Sequence record: NZ_CP020440.2
Strand: one strand, 5' to 3'
From: a plasmid
Length of the DNA stretch: 64,000 nucleotides
Below the pieces are notes generated by a model. That model did no database searches and was not told where the DNA came from. It saw only the letters and a program-made list of their open reading frames with translations. This document shows, piece by piece, positions 49,181 to 58,442 of this stretch. The position numbers were made by a program, and so were the translations under genes. Each line of letters starts with the position of its first letter. The stretch's first letter is position 1.

Positions 49181-49383
49181 CGCATGCTCCGGGATCGGGG
49201 GACTGAGGGAGGGATGGCTGGCTTGCGCGGGCTTGGGGCCTTCAATCACTTACAGGCACAAGCATCAAGAAAACTTACAGAATATTTTGTCGCAATCTGT
49301 CGCAAAGCTGCGGCTGCGCCGCACGGAAACGCCCGGCGGAAGGCTGTTCCGCCGGGCGCTCGTCGGTCAACCGGCCAGGCCGA

Positions 49384-50784
49384 TCAGGACTTGGGCGTGA
49401 TCTTCCAGATGCGGTCGCCCGCCTCGTCGCCCTGCGCGCCCTTGTTCACGGCCCAGATGTTGCCCTTGCCGTCGGCGCGCAGCTGGTTCGGCATGCCGCC
49501 GATGTCCAGGTTCGCGACGATTTCGCCCTGCGGGCTGACGACGGTGACGGTGCCCGCGCCGCGGTTCGCGACATAGGCCAAGCGCCCCACCGGGTCGAAG
49601 GCCACGTTCAGCGCACCCGCGCCCACCGCCACGTCATGCAGGACCTCGCCCGTGTCGGCCTTAAGGATCAGCAGGTTGTCGGTTGCTTGCGAGGCGACGA
49701 AGATCAGCCCTTCCTGCGGGTCATAGGCCACGCCCGAGGCGGCCTTGGCGCCCGGCAGCGCGTGCACCTCGACCTCGCCGGTCTTGAGATCGACGATGGC
49801 CGCTTCGGGCGTGGACAGGCTGACGGTGACGAGCTTGCCGCCCGGCTCGTCGATGTCCAGCGCCATGGTCGAGAACTCTTCGCCCCGGATCTTGGACGGG
49901 ATGACGATGGGGTCCAGCGGCTCCAGCGTCTTGGTGTCGAAGACCTTGATCTCGTTCGTGCCGGTCGCGCTGGCATAGGCGCGGCCATTGGATTCGTCCA
50001 CCACCACGTCGCGGGCGTGCGGCACCGCGCCCGGTTCGAACTGCTTGACCAGCGACAGATCGGATTGCTTGTAGACGGCTGCCGTGTCCTGGCGGGTGTT
50101 GGTGACCCAGACATTGCCGTTGGCCTCGTCCACGTCCACGCCATAGACGGCCAGCAGGCCGCCGTCGCTGCCGTCGGCACGGGCGGGGGCGGCGGCGGGC
50201 GTCACCTCGGCCAGGACCTTCAGGCTGTCGGCGTCGATCTTGACAAGCTTGGATTCCTTGACCGGCGGCCGGCCGACGGCGCTGGTCACGAAGGCGGCAT
50301 TCGCACCCTGGCTGTATTTCACCTGGTACAGCCCGCGCGTCACCGGCTGGTTTTCCACGGTGAACTTGTCCGCCCCCGACACAGGCACCTCGGGCGAGAC
50401 CTTCAGCTGCACGACCTCGGCGCTGGCCGGATTCTCGGTCACGACCAGGATCGGTTGCAGGCCGATTTCCGCATCGGCGTCCAGCGCCAGGTCAAAGCTG
50501 AAGTTGCCTTCGGCATCGACGGTGATCGGCTGCGGGTTCAGGGGGGTCGTTCCGCGCAGCAGGGTCACGGTCTGGCCGGGCACCAGCCCCTCGCCGGAAA
50601 TGACCGCCTTGCCGCCCTTGAGGATCGGCGCGCGGTCTACCCCCTGGGCCGAAACGCGACCCACGAAATCGGGGACGGGTTTGGTGAAAAGCGTATCGGC
50701 CAGGCTGGCCGTGGCGCCGCCGGCCAGCGCGATCGCCGAGGCGCACAGCATCAGCCGCATACGGGACATCCGGATCATCGACAT
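49384..50784 (-). CDS. secreted YVTN/NHL-type beta-propeller repeat protein with an N-terminal Ig-like domain
   Basis: Start at MSMIRMSRMRLMLCASAIALAGGATASLA (signal peptide). Recurring blade-like segments of about 40 aa (...VYGVDVDEANGNVWVTN..., ...AYASATGTNEIKVFD..., ...LAYVANRGAGTVTVV...). Directly upstream of the TonB receptor on the same strand. Confidence 0.6.
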   Translation of the reverse strand: MSMIRMSRMRLMLCASAIALAGGATASLADTLFTKPVPDFVGRVSAQGVDRAPILKGGKAVISGEGLVPGQTVTLLRGTTPLNPQPITVDAEGNFSFDLALDADAEIGLQPILVVTENPASAEVVQLKVSPEVPVSGADKFTVENQPVTRGLYQVKYSQGANAAFVTSAVGRPPVKESKLVKIDADSLKVLAEVTPAAAPARADGSDGGLLAVYGVDVDEANGNVWVTNTRQDTAAVYKQSDLSLVKQFEPGAVPHARDVVVDESNGRAYASATGTNEIKVFDTKTLEPLDPIVIPSKIRGEEFSTMALDIDEPGGKLVTVSLSTPEAAIVDLKTGEVEVHALPGAKAASGVAYDPQEGLIFVASQATDNLLILKADTGEVLHDVAVGAGALNVAFDPVGRLAYVANRGAGTVTVVSPQGEIVANLDIGGMPNQLRADGKGNIWAVNKGAQGDEAGDRIWKITPKS

Positions 50785-50989
50785 GAAACGTTCCTTATCA
50801 TGTAGTTCGCGCCGCAGGCCGAGGCCACCATCGGGTCGCGCAAGGCTGCCCCGGGGCCGGTCGTCCTGACGGTCGAAAGTTGGCAGGCTGGCGTGGGGCT
50901 GGCACGGCGCGATTAAGACCAGCACCCCGATCCGAGTGCAAGCGAAAACCCGCGGCGAGTTTGTCGCGAAATGTCGCTGGCCCGGATGG

Positions 50990-51736
50990 TCAGGACTTGT
51001 CGGGCGCGGCCAGGAAGGCCTCGCGCGCGCGGTCGGCCCCCTCAAGGATGACGGCGCGCATGGCCGCGGCGGCGGCCTCGGGGTCGCGCGCGGCGATGGC
51101 GCTGGCGATGGAGAGGTGCTGGGCCGCGCAGCGGGCGATGCCCTCGGGGCTGAGCGCGGGGGACGACATCTGGAACGACACGGCCAGCGCCGCCTCGATC
51201 AGCGTGGTGACCGAGCGCATGAAGGGGTTGCGCGACATGGCGGCGACCGCCAGGTGAAAGTTCAGGTCCTCTTGCGCGACGGATTCGCGGCTGTGGCCCG
51301 GGTTGTCGATGCGCGCGGCGATGCCGAACAGCGCTGCGATTTCCTCGGCCGTGGCGTTCAGCGCGGCCAGGCGGGCCGCGGCCGGCTCGAACGCCAGGCG
51401 CATTTCGCTGAGATGGTCGATGAATTCGGCGCTCATGCCCGATTGCATCGTCCATGTGATCACGTCTGAATCGACGAAGTTCCAGGCGGCGCGGGGATTG
51501 ACCCGCGTGCCGACGCGGGATTTCGCGCGGACCAGCCCCTTGGCGGCCAGCGTCTTCATCGCCTCGCGCAGGACACTGCGGGACACGCCGAAGCGGTCCA
51601 GCAGCTGCGGATCGCCGGGCAGGGTGGCGCCTTCGGGGAACTCGCCCGCGATGATGGCGCGGCCCAACTGGTCCACCACCCGGGCGTGGCTGGATCGCGG
51701 CGCGTCCCCGAACATGCGCTGGCGCAGGATTCCCAT
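50990..51736 (-). CDS. GntR-family (FadR/FCD subfamily) transcriptional regulator
   Basis: 248 aa. N-terminal GntR wHTH (LPGDPQLLDRFGVSRSVLREAMKTLAAKGLV) plus an FCD ligand domain. Upstream of the sugar ABC operon. Confidence 0.7.
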   Translation of the reverse strand: MGILRQRMFGDAPRSSHARVVDQLGRAIIAGEFPEGATLPGDPQLLDRFGVSRSVLREAMKTLAAKGLVRAKSRVGTRVNPRAAWNFVDSDVITWTMQSGMSAEFIDHLSEMRLAFEPAAARLAALNATAEEIAALFGIAARIDNPGHSRESVAQEDLNFHLAVAAMSRNPFMRSVTTLIEAALAVSFQMSSPALSPEGIARCAAQHLSIASAIAARDPEAAAAAMRAVILEGADRAREAFLAAPDKS

Positions 51737-51741
51737 CGGCC

Positions 51742-52722
51742 TCAGCCCCCCGACGCGCGCAGGGCGGCGCGACGTTCAGAGACCAGCAGGATCAGCCGCT
51801 GCAGCACGATGAAGGCGAAAAGCAGCAATCCCACCACGATCTTGGTCCACCAGGACGACAGCGTGCCGTCAAAGACGATATAGGTCTGGATCAGCCCCTG
51901 GATCAACACGCCGAACAGCGTCCCGAGAACCAGGCCCGATCCGCCGGTCAGCAAGGTGCCCCCCACCACCACGGCGGCGATGGCGTCCAGTTCCAGCCCG
52001 ACCGCCGCCAGCGAATAGCCGGCCGAGGTGTAAAGCGTATAGGCCAACCCCGAAAGCCCCGCCATGAAGCCCGAAAAGGCGTAAAGCTGCACCATGGTGC
52101 GGCGCAGCGGCACGCCCATCAGCTCGGCCGATTGTTCCGACCCGCCTAGCGCATAGACATTGGCGCCGAAGCGGGTGCGATGGGCCAGCACCACGCCGAC
52201 GGCAAAACCCGCCAGCATCAGCATGGCCAGGAAGCTGAGCTTGCCGCGGTCGGGCAGGGCGATGAACAGCCCCTTGAGCGCGCGCAGGAAGTCGTGGCTG
52301 ATCGGCACGCTGTCGGTCGAGATCAGGAAGGCCGCGCCGCGCGCCAGGAACATCCCCGCCAGCGTCACCACGAAGGCCGGCATCTTGAGCGCGTGGATGG
52401 TCAGCCCCATCAACGCCCCGAACCCGGTCGAGACGGCCAGCGCCAGGGCGAAGGCCAGCGCCGGATGCACGCCGGCCCGGACCAGCACCGCCACGAAGAC
52501 CGAGGTGAAGGCGATGACCGAGCCCATCGACAGGTCGATCCCGCCCGACAGGATGACGAAGGTCATGCCGACCGCCGCGATGCCCAGGAAGGCGTTGTCG
52601 GTCAGCAGGTTTCCCGCCACCCGCCAGGACAGCATGTTCGGGAACTGCGCCGCGCAAAGCGCATAGGCCGCCAGAAAGATCAGGACGGTCGCGGCAAAGG
52701 GCAGGTGGCGGGCGCGGATCAT
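51742..52722 (-). CDS. sugar ABC transporter permease (YjfF-like)
   Basis: Start at MIRARHLPFAATVLIFLAAYALC, residue 227 of the 552 aa track ORF, about 326 aa. Ribose/galactofuranose-type permease family. Confidence 0.75.
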   Translation of the reverse strand: MIRARHLPFAATVLIFLAAYALCAAQFPNMLSWRVAGNLLTDNAFLGIAAVGMTFVILSGGIDLSMGSVIAFTSVFVAVLVRAGVHPALAFALALAVSTGFGALMGLTIHALKMPAFVVTLAGMFLARGAAFLISTDSVPISHDFLRALKGLFIALPDRGKLSFLAMLMLAGFAVGVVLAHRTRFGANVYALGGSEQSAELMGVPLRRTMVQLYAFSGFMAGLSGLAYTLYTSAGYSLAAVGLELDAIAAVVVGGTLLTGGSGLVLGTLFGVLIQGLIQTYIVFDGTLSSWWTKIVVGLLLFAFIVLQRLILLVSERRAALRASGG

Positions 52723-53717
52723 TCCGGGGCCTTTCGACGGGCTGTCAGGCCCTTCAGCATCGTCACCTGGTCGGTGACCGCGGGCGATTGCAGCGTCAGG
52801 ATGGCGACGATGACCACGGCCTTGACGATCAGGTTGAACTCGGGCGGCCAGCCGGACATCAGGATGCCCGTATTCAGGGCCTGGATGATCAGCGCCCCGA
52901 TCAGCGAGGCGGTGATGGAAAACCGCCCTCCCGCCAGCGAGGTGCCGCCGATCACCACGGCGAGGATCGCGTCCAACTCCAGCCAGAGGCCCGCGTTGTT
53001 GGCGTCGGCGCCGTGGATGTCGGCGGTGACGATCATTCCCGCCATGGCCGCGCAAAGCCCCGAGATGGCATAGGTCGCAAGGATCAGGAACCGCGCCCGC
53101 ACCCCCACCAGCATCGCGGCGCGGCGGTTGATCCCCACCGCCTCGATCAGCAGGCCAAGCGCGGTGCGGCGAACGGCCAGCCCGACCGCGGCCCCCATCG
53201 CCAGCCAGATCAGGATCGGCATGGGCACGCCCAGGACCGCGCCCGAGCCCAGAAAGCTGAAGGCGTCCGAATTGAAGGTCAGGATCACGCCGCCGGTGAC
53301 AAGCTGCGCGATGCCGCGCCCCGCGACCATCAGGATCAGCGTGGCGATGATCGGCTGGATGTCCAGGAATGCCACTAGCACGCCGTTCCAAAGCCCGCAC
53401 AGCAGCCCCAGCGCCAGCGAGACCGCCAGCACCACCGGGACCGGCTGGCCGTCGGCCACCAGCGTCGCCGCGACCGCGCCGGTGATCGCCATGACCGCGC
53501 CCACCGACAGGTCGATGCCGCGCGTCGCGATCACCAGCGTCATGCCGATCGCCAGCAGCGCGACCGGCGCGACGCGCACGCCCACGTCGATCAGGCTGCC
53601 GTAAAGCCGGCCGTTCTGCACCGTGACCGAAAAGAACCCGGGCGAGACGAGGCCGATCAGCACCAGCACCACGGCCAGCGCGACAAGTTGCGGACGAAGC
53701 GCGACCAGCTTTTTCAT
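52719..53717 (-). CDS. sugar ABC transporter permease (YtfT-like)
   Basis: Start at MKKLVALRPQLVALAVVLVLIGL, residue 167 of the track ORF, about 332 aa. The stop overlaps the downstream permease start. Confidence 0.75.
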   Translation of the reverse strand: MKKLVALRPQLVALAVVLVLIGLVSPGFFSVTVQNGRLYGSLIDVGVRVAPVALLAIGMTLVIATRGIDLSVGAVMAITGAVAATLVADGQPVPVVLAVSLALGLLCGLWNGVLVAFLDIQPIIATLILMVAGRGIAQLVTGGVILTFNSDAFSFLGSGAVLGVPMPILIWLAMGAAVGLAVRRTALGLLIEAVGINRRAAMLVGVRARFLILATYAISGLCAAMAGMIVTADIHGADANNAGLWLELDAILAVVIGGTSLAGGRFSITASLIGALIIQALNTGILMSGWPPEFNLIVKAVVIVAILTLQSPAVTDQVTMLKGLTARRKAPE

Positions 53718-55228
53718 GCGGCCTCTCCGGGCACGGCCATGGCCTCGACGATGGCCTGGGCCGAGATGTCGGCGCCCCGCAGTTCGCGGACGTGCTGGCG
53801 GTCCGACAGCACGATGACGCGGGTGGAATAGGCGACCAGCTCCTCGATTTCCGAGGAGATGACGACCAGCGCCATGCCGTCGGCGCGCAGCCGCTCGATC
53901 AGGGCGATGATTTCGGCATGTGCGCCGATGTCGATGCCGCGCGTCGGCTCGTCCAGGATCAGCAGTCGCGGGTCGGTCGCAAGCCAGCGCGCCAAGATCG
54001 CCTTTTGCTGGTTGCCGCCGGACAGGAACTTGATCGGCCGGTCGGGGTCGGGCGGGCGGATGTCCAGCGCCTTGATATAGCGCCGCGCCAGCGCATCCGC
54101 CTCGCGCCGGGGGATGGGGCGGGCCCAGCCGCGCCGGGCCTGCAGGGCCAGCGCGATGTTCTGGCTTACCGACAGGTCGCCCACGATGCCGTCGGTCTTG
54201 CGTTCCTCGGGGCACATGCCGAAGCCCAGCGAGATCGCCTCTTCGGGCGAGGTCAGGGCGACGGGGCGGTCGTCGACCAGCGCGCGGCCGCTGTCGGGGC
54301 GGTCGATCCCGAACATCAGCCGCGCCGTCTCGGTGCGCCCCGAGCCCAGAAGCCCCGCGATCCCCACCACCTCGCCCGCGCGGATCGCCAGGTCGAAGGG
54401 CGCGACCGAGCCGCGCTTGCCGTAGCCTTCGAACCGGAAGGCGGCCGGCGTGTCGCCGGGGTTGCCCGCGCCGGGGTCGCGATGCGCCGTCGCCTCGGCC
54501 AGTTCGCGGCCCAGCATCAGGGCCACCAGATCGCGGCGGGGCAGGTCCGCCAGGCGGCGGCTGCCGACCATGCGGCCGTTCCTCAGCACCGTCACGCGGT
54601 CGGCGACCTGATAGACCTGATCCAGGAAATGGGTGATGATGACGATGCCCAGGCCCTGGTCGCGCAACTGTTTCAGGACGGTGAACAGCGCCTGTACCTC
54701 GCGCGCGTCCAGGCTTGCGGTGGGTTCGTCCAGAAACAGCACCTTGCCCGACAGATCCACCGCGCGGGCGATGGCGATGATCTGGCGCACGGCCACGGAA
54801 TAGCGGGCCAGGGTTTCGTCCGGGTCGGCGGCAATGCCATAGCGGGCCAGCAGCGCGCCGGCGCGGGCCCGCATCCGGCGGCGGTCGATCATGCCCCAGC
54901 GGCGGGGCTGCCGGCCCAGATACAGGTTCTCGGCCACCGTCAGATTGTCGAGCAGGTTGACCTCTTGATAGACCGTGCCGATGCCCAGGGCCTGCGCCTC
55001 GGCAACGGATCGCGGCTCGACCTCGGCACCCTCAAGCTGCATGGCGCCGTCGTCGCGGCGATAGGCGCCGGTCAGGATCTTGACCAGCGTGGACTTGCCC
55101 GCGCCGTTTTCACCCAGCAGGGCATGGATCTCTCCGGGATGCAGGGTGAAATCGACGCCGTCCAGCACCTTCACGCCGAAGAATGCCTTGTCGATTCCCC
55201 GTGCGGTCAGCAGCGCCGGGTCGGTCAT
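53714..55228 (-). CDS. sugar ABC transporter ATP-binding protein with duplicated NBDs (YtfR-like)
   Basis: 504 aa. Two Walker A/ABC signature sets (GENGAGKST ... LSGGNQQK). Confidence 0.8.
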   Translation of the reverse strand: MTDPALLTARGIDKAFFGVKVLDGVDFTLHPGEIHALLGENGAGKSTLVKILTGAYRRDDGAMQLEGAEVEPRSVAEAQALGIGTVYQEVNLLDNLTVAENLYLGRQPRRWGMIDRRRMRARAGALLARYGIAADPDETLARYSVAVRQIIAIARAVDLSGKVLFLDEPTASLDAREVQALFTVLKQLRDQGLGIVIITHFLDQVYQVADRVTVLRNGRMVGSRRLADLPRRDLVALMLGRELAEATAHRDPGAGNPGDTPAAFRFEGYGKRGSVAPFDLAIRAGEVVGIAGLLGSGRTETARLMFGIDRPDSGRALVDDRPVALTSPEEAISLGFGMCPEERKTDGIVGDLSVSQNIALALQARRGWARPIPRREADALARRYIKALDIRPPDPDRPIKFLSGGNQQKAILARWLATDPRLLILDEPTRGIDIGAHAEIIALIERLRADGMALVVISSEIEELVAYSTRVIVLSDRQHVRELRGADISAQAIVEAMAVPGEAA

Positions 55229-55276
55229 GATCGGGTTCCCTAAAAGGGGCGGGGCCGGACAGCCCCGCCCGCAGGC

Positions 55277-56239
55277 TCAATAGCCCAGGTCCTTCTTGGA
55301 TTCGTAGACCGCCTTGGGGTCGTCGGCCTGGGTATAGAGTTTCGATTCCGTCTGGATCCATTTCGGCGGCTCGGTGCCGTCGGCCAGGTATTTCTCGAGC
55401 ACGTCGAAGGCGGGCCCCGCCATGTTCGGGGTCAGCTCGACCGTGGCGTTCGCCTCTCCGGCGGCCATGGCCAGGAAGATGTCGGGCACGGCGTCGATCG
55501 ACACGATCCTGATGTCGGTGCCGGGTTTCAGCCCCGCTTCCTTGATGGCCTGGATCGCGCCGACGGCCATGTCGTCGTTATGGGCATAGACCGCGCAGAT
55601 GTCCTTGCCGCCGTTTTCCGCCTTGATGAAGCTTTCCATCACCTCCTTGCCCTTGGTGCGGGTAAAGTCGCCGGTCTGGCTGCGGGCGATGGTGATGTTC
55701 GGATGGCCCGCGATGGCTTCCTCGAAGCCCTTCTTGCGGTTGATCGCCGGGGACGAGCCGGTGGTGCCCTGCAGTTCCACGACCTTGCACGGCTTGTCGC
55801 CCACGTCCTTGACCAGCCATTCGCCGGCCACCTTGCCTTCGTGGACCTGGTCCGAAGTGACGGCGGTCAGGTACAGGTCCTCGGGCGCGTCGATCTGGCG
55901 GTCCAGCAGGACGACGGGGATTTCGGCGTCCTTGGCCTCGGCCAGCACGTCCTCCCATCCGGTGGCGACGACCGGGGCGATCAGGATGGCGTCGACCCCC
56001 TGCGCGATGAAGCCGCGCACGGCCTTGATCTGGTTTTCCTGTTTCTGCTGGGCATCGGCGAATTTCAGGTCGATGCCGCGGTCCTTGGCCTGGTTCTGCG
56101 TCACCGTGGTTTCGGCGGCGCGCCAGCCCGATTCCGAGCCGATCTGCGAAAAGCCCACGGTCATGTCCGCGGCGAAGGCGCCGGCGCCGGACAGCATCAG
56201 GCAGGCGGCCGAACTGGCCGCCAGAAGCGTGCGTTTCAT
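55277..56239 (-). CDS. periplasmic sugar-binding protein of an ABC transporter (YtfQ/galactofuranose-binding-like)
   Basis: Start at MKRTLLAASSAACLMLSGAGAFA (signal peptide), with a GGAGGA-like Shine-Dalgarno sequence upstream. Periplasmic-binding-protein type I fold. Confidence 0.75.
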   Translation of the reverse strand: MKRTLLAASSAACLMLSGAGAFAADMTVGFSQIGSESGWRAAETTVTQNQAKDRGIDLKFADAQQKQENQIKAVRGFIAQGVDAILIAPVVATGWEDVLAEAKDAEIPVVLLDRQIDAPEDLYLTAVTSDQVHEGKVAGEWLVKDVGDKPCKVVELQGTTGSSPAINRKKGFEEAIAGHPNITIARSQTGDFTRTKGKEVMESFIKAENGGKDICAVYAHNDDMAVGAIQAIKEAGLKPGTDIRIVSIDAVPDIFLAMAAGEANATVELTPNMAGPAFDVLEKYLADGTEPPKWIQTESKLYTQADDPKAVYESKKDLGY

Positions 56240-56359
56240 GATGATCCTCCCCTGTGAAGGTCCTTCAACCCTCAGACTCAAGGGATAAAGTATGATTTAT
56301 TACCGGTCAACAGTTTCAACTGTCATCCCGAACGGTGGCAGGTCCGCCGAATAGTCAGA

Positions 56360-56566
56360 TCAATCGCGATGCCGCCGGTCGCAGCGCAGGACCCAGAGCC
56401 AGCCCAGCAGGTGCAGGATGACGCCGATGCGAAAGGCCAGGCCGACATGGCCCACCAGCCAGCCGATCAGCAGCGCGACCTCCAGCACCAGGGCCAGCGA
56501 CATCGCGAACCAGATCAGCCCGCAGCACAGGCGCATCAGCCAGTTCTGGTCGCGATCGAGTGTCAT
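56360..56566 (-). CDS. hypothetical small membrane protein (68 aa, two TM helices) downstream of emrB
   Basis: C-terminal 68 aa of track ORF 56360..56806 (MTLDRDQNWLMRLCCGLIWFAMSLALVLEVALLIGWLVGHVGLAFRIGVILHLLGWLWVLRCDRRHRD). The upstream 80 aa look non-coding (Arg-rich). Confidence 0.3.
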   Translation of the reverse strand: MTLDRDQNWLMRLCCGLIWFAMSLALVLEVALLIGWLVGHVGLAFRIGVILHLLGWLWVLRCDRRHRD

Positions 56567-56854
56567 GTGGGGAATACCTTGGACCGCCAAAGGGGCAAGG
56601 GCGTGTCGGCAAGCCGCGTTGCCACGTCGATGCAGACGCGCGGCGTCCGCGCCACCAGGGTGTTCGGCGCCAGGCCCATCACGCGGCCGTCGCGAAGGGC
56701 GCCGACGCTTTTCTGGCCTGTCCAGGATGAAATCAGCCTTCGCCCCATCGGGTCCGCTCCGCATGTGCAGAATCGCAGTAAAACATCGCCGCGAGCGAGC
56801 CAGCAATGGCTGATTACAATTTCCCCGATTCCTGTGTTCTGCTTCGCGGGCGGG

Positions 56855-58441
56855 CTAGTGCCCGCCGCCGCCCCCGCCCCCGGCCGCCGGTTTCTGGACA
56901 AAGGCCAGAAGCAGGCCGAGCGCGGCGAAAAGTCCAGCCAGCAAAAGGAAGATATCGCCCAGCGACATGACCATGGCCTGCATGCGCACAAGGCCCGTCA
57001 ACGTCGACAGCGCCGCGGTGTCGGCCACATCGCCCAGCGAGGCGTAAGCGCCCTGAAGCATCCCCATCGCCTGATCGGCGGCCGGGTTCGTGGCGCTGAC
57101 GCTTTCGGCGATCCGGGCATAGTGGAAGTCCTGGCGATTCGACAGGATCGTGTTGATCAGCGCCAGCCCCACCGCGCCGCCCAGGTTGCGCGTCAGGTTG
57201 AACAGGCCCGAGGCGTTCTTGACCTTGTCGGGCGGCAGCATCCCCAGCGCGATGTTCGACACCGGCACCATGCACAGCATCAAGGACACCCCGCGCAGGA
57301 TCTGAGGCACGAAGATCTCCCAGTAATCCCAGTCGTCGGTCAGCCGGGTCATCATCCAGCAGCTCAGCGAGAACATGACGAAGCCCACGGCCATCATGAT
57401 CCGGGGATCGACCGAGCGCGACAGCCGTCCCGCCACGGGCGCGGTCAGGAACATGGCGATGCCCGACACCATCATCGCCTCGCCGATCTGCAGCGAGTTG
57501 TAGCCGCGGATCCCCGACAGATAGACCGGAAAGATATAGATCAGCCCGTAAAGCCCGATGCCAAGGCCGAAGCTGAACATCGAGCCCATGGCGAAGTTGC
57601 GGTCGGCGAAGGCGTCCAGCCGCACGATGGGCTCGCGCGCCGTGAAGGCCCGCCAGAAGAACAGGAATCCCCCCACCAGCATCACGGCCGTCAGAAGCAC
57701 GATGGTCTCGTCCGCGAACCAGTCGTTCTTGGCGCCTTCCTCAAGCACGTACTCCATGGCCCCCAGCAGCAGCGCCAGGCCCAGAAAGCCCCACCAGTCG
57801 AACCGGCTGAGCAGGCTCATGTCCGGTTTGTCGAAGTCGATCAGCAGGAAGGCCGCCGTGGTGACGATGATGCCGGGGATCACGTTGATGAAGAACAGCC
57901 AGTGCCAGCTGAGGAACTCGGTCAGATAGCCGCCCAGCGTCGGGCCGATGGTCGGCGCCAGCGTCGCCACCAGCCCGATCATGGGCGAGACTATGTGCAT
58001 CTTGGAGCGCGGAAAGATCGTGAAGGCGCAGGCAAAGACCGTCGGGATCATCGCGCCCCCGATGAAGCCTTGCAGCGCGCGCCACAGGATCATCTCGCTG
58101 ATGTTGTTCGAAAGGCCGCACATCAGGCTCATCAGCGTGAAGCCGGCCGACGAAATGGTGAACAGCCAGCGCGTCGACAGCATCCGCGACAGATAGCCCG
58201 ACAGCGGGATCATGATGACTTCGGCGATCAGGTACGAGGTCTGGATCCACGGGATCTCGTCGCCCGAGGCCGCAAGCCCGGACTGGATTTCGGACAGCGA
58301 GGCCGAGACGATCTGGATGTCCAGGATCGCCATGAACATGCCCAGCACCATCAGCAGGAAGGTGATCAGCCGCCTGGGGTCGATGCGGTCGTCCGCCGGG
58401 GCGCCCGCGGGCCCGGCCACCGTCGCGGCGGGGCTTGCCAT
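56855..58441 (-). CDS. MFS drug:H+ antiporter, DHA2 family (EmrB/QacA-like, 14 TM)
   Basis: 528 aa with EmrB-like motifs (LMVLGMFMAILDIQIVSASL, GxxxGPxxGG). Confidence 0.8.
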   Translation of the reverse strand: MASPAATVAGPAGAPADDRIDPRRLITFLLMVLGMFMAILDIQIVSASLSEIQSGLAASGDEIPWIQTSYLIAEVIMIPLSGYLSRMLSTRWLFTISSAGFTLMSLMCGLSNNISEMILWRALQGFIGGAMIPTVFACAFTIFPRSKMHIVSPMIGLVATLAPTIGPTLGGYLTEFLSWHWLFFINVIPGIIVTTAAFLLIDFDKPDMSLLSRFDWWGFLGLALLLGAMEYVLEEGAKNDWFADETIVLLTAVMLVGGFLFFWRAFTAREPIVRLDAFADRNFAMGSMFSFGLGIGLYGLIYIFPVYLSGIRGYNSLQIGEAMMVSGIAMFLTAPVAGRLSRSVDPRIMMAVGFVMFSLSCWMMTRLTDDWDYWEIFVPQILRGVSLMLCMVPVSNIALGMLPPDKVKNASGLFNLTRNLGGAVGLALINTILSNRQDFHYARIAESVSATNPAADQAMGMLQGAYASLGDVADTAALSTLTGLVRMQAMVMSLGDIFLLLAGLFAALGLLLAFVQKPAAGGGGGGGH

Positions 58442-58442
58442 G

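Noticed and set aside
56282-56340. AT-rich stretch with a short inverted repeat ACAGTT-tc-AACTGT upstream of the sugar-binding-protein gene, considered as a GntR operator
   Set aside because: The arms are only 6 bp. The regulator gene is 5 kb away at the other end of the operon, and I could not see a second copy near its own promoter. Too weak to call as a feature.
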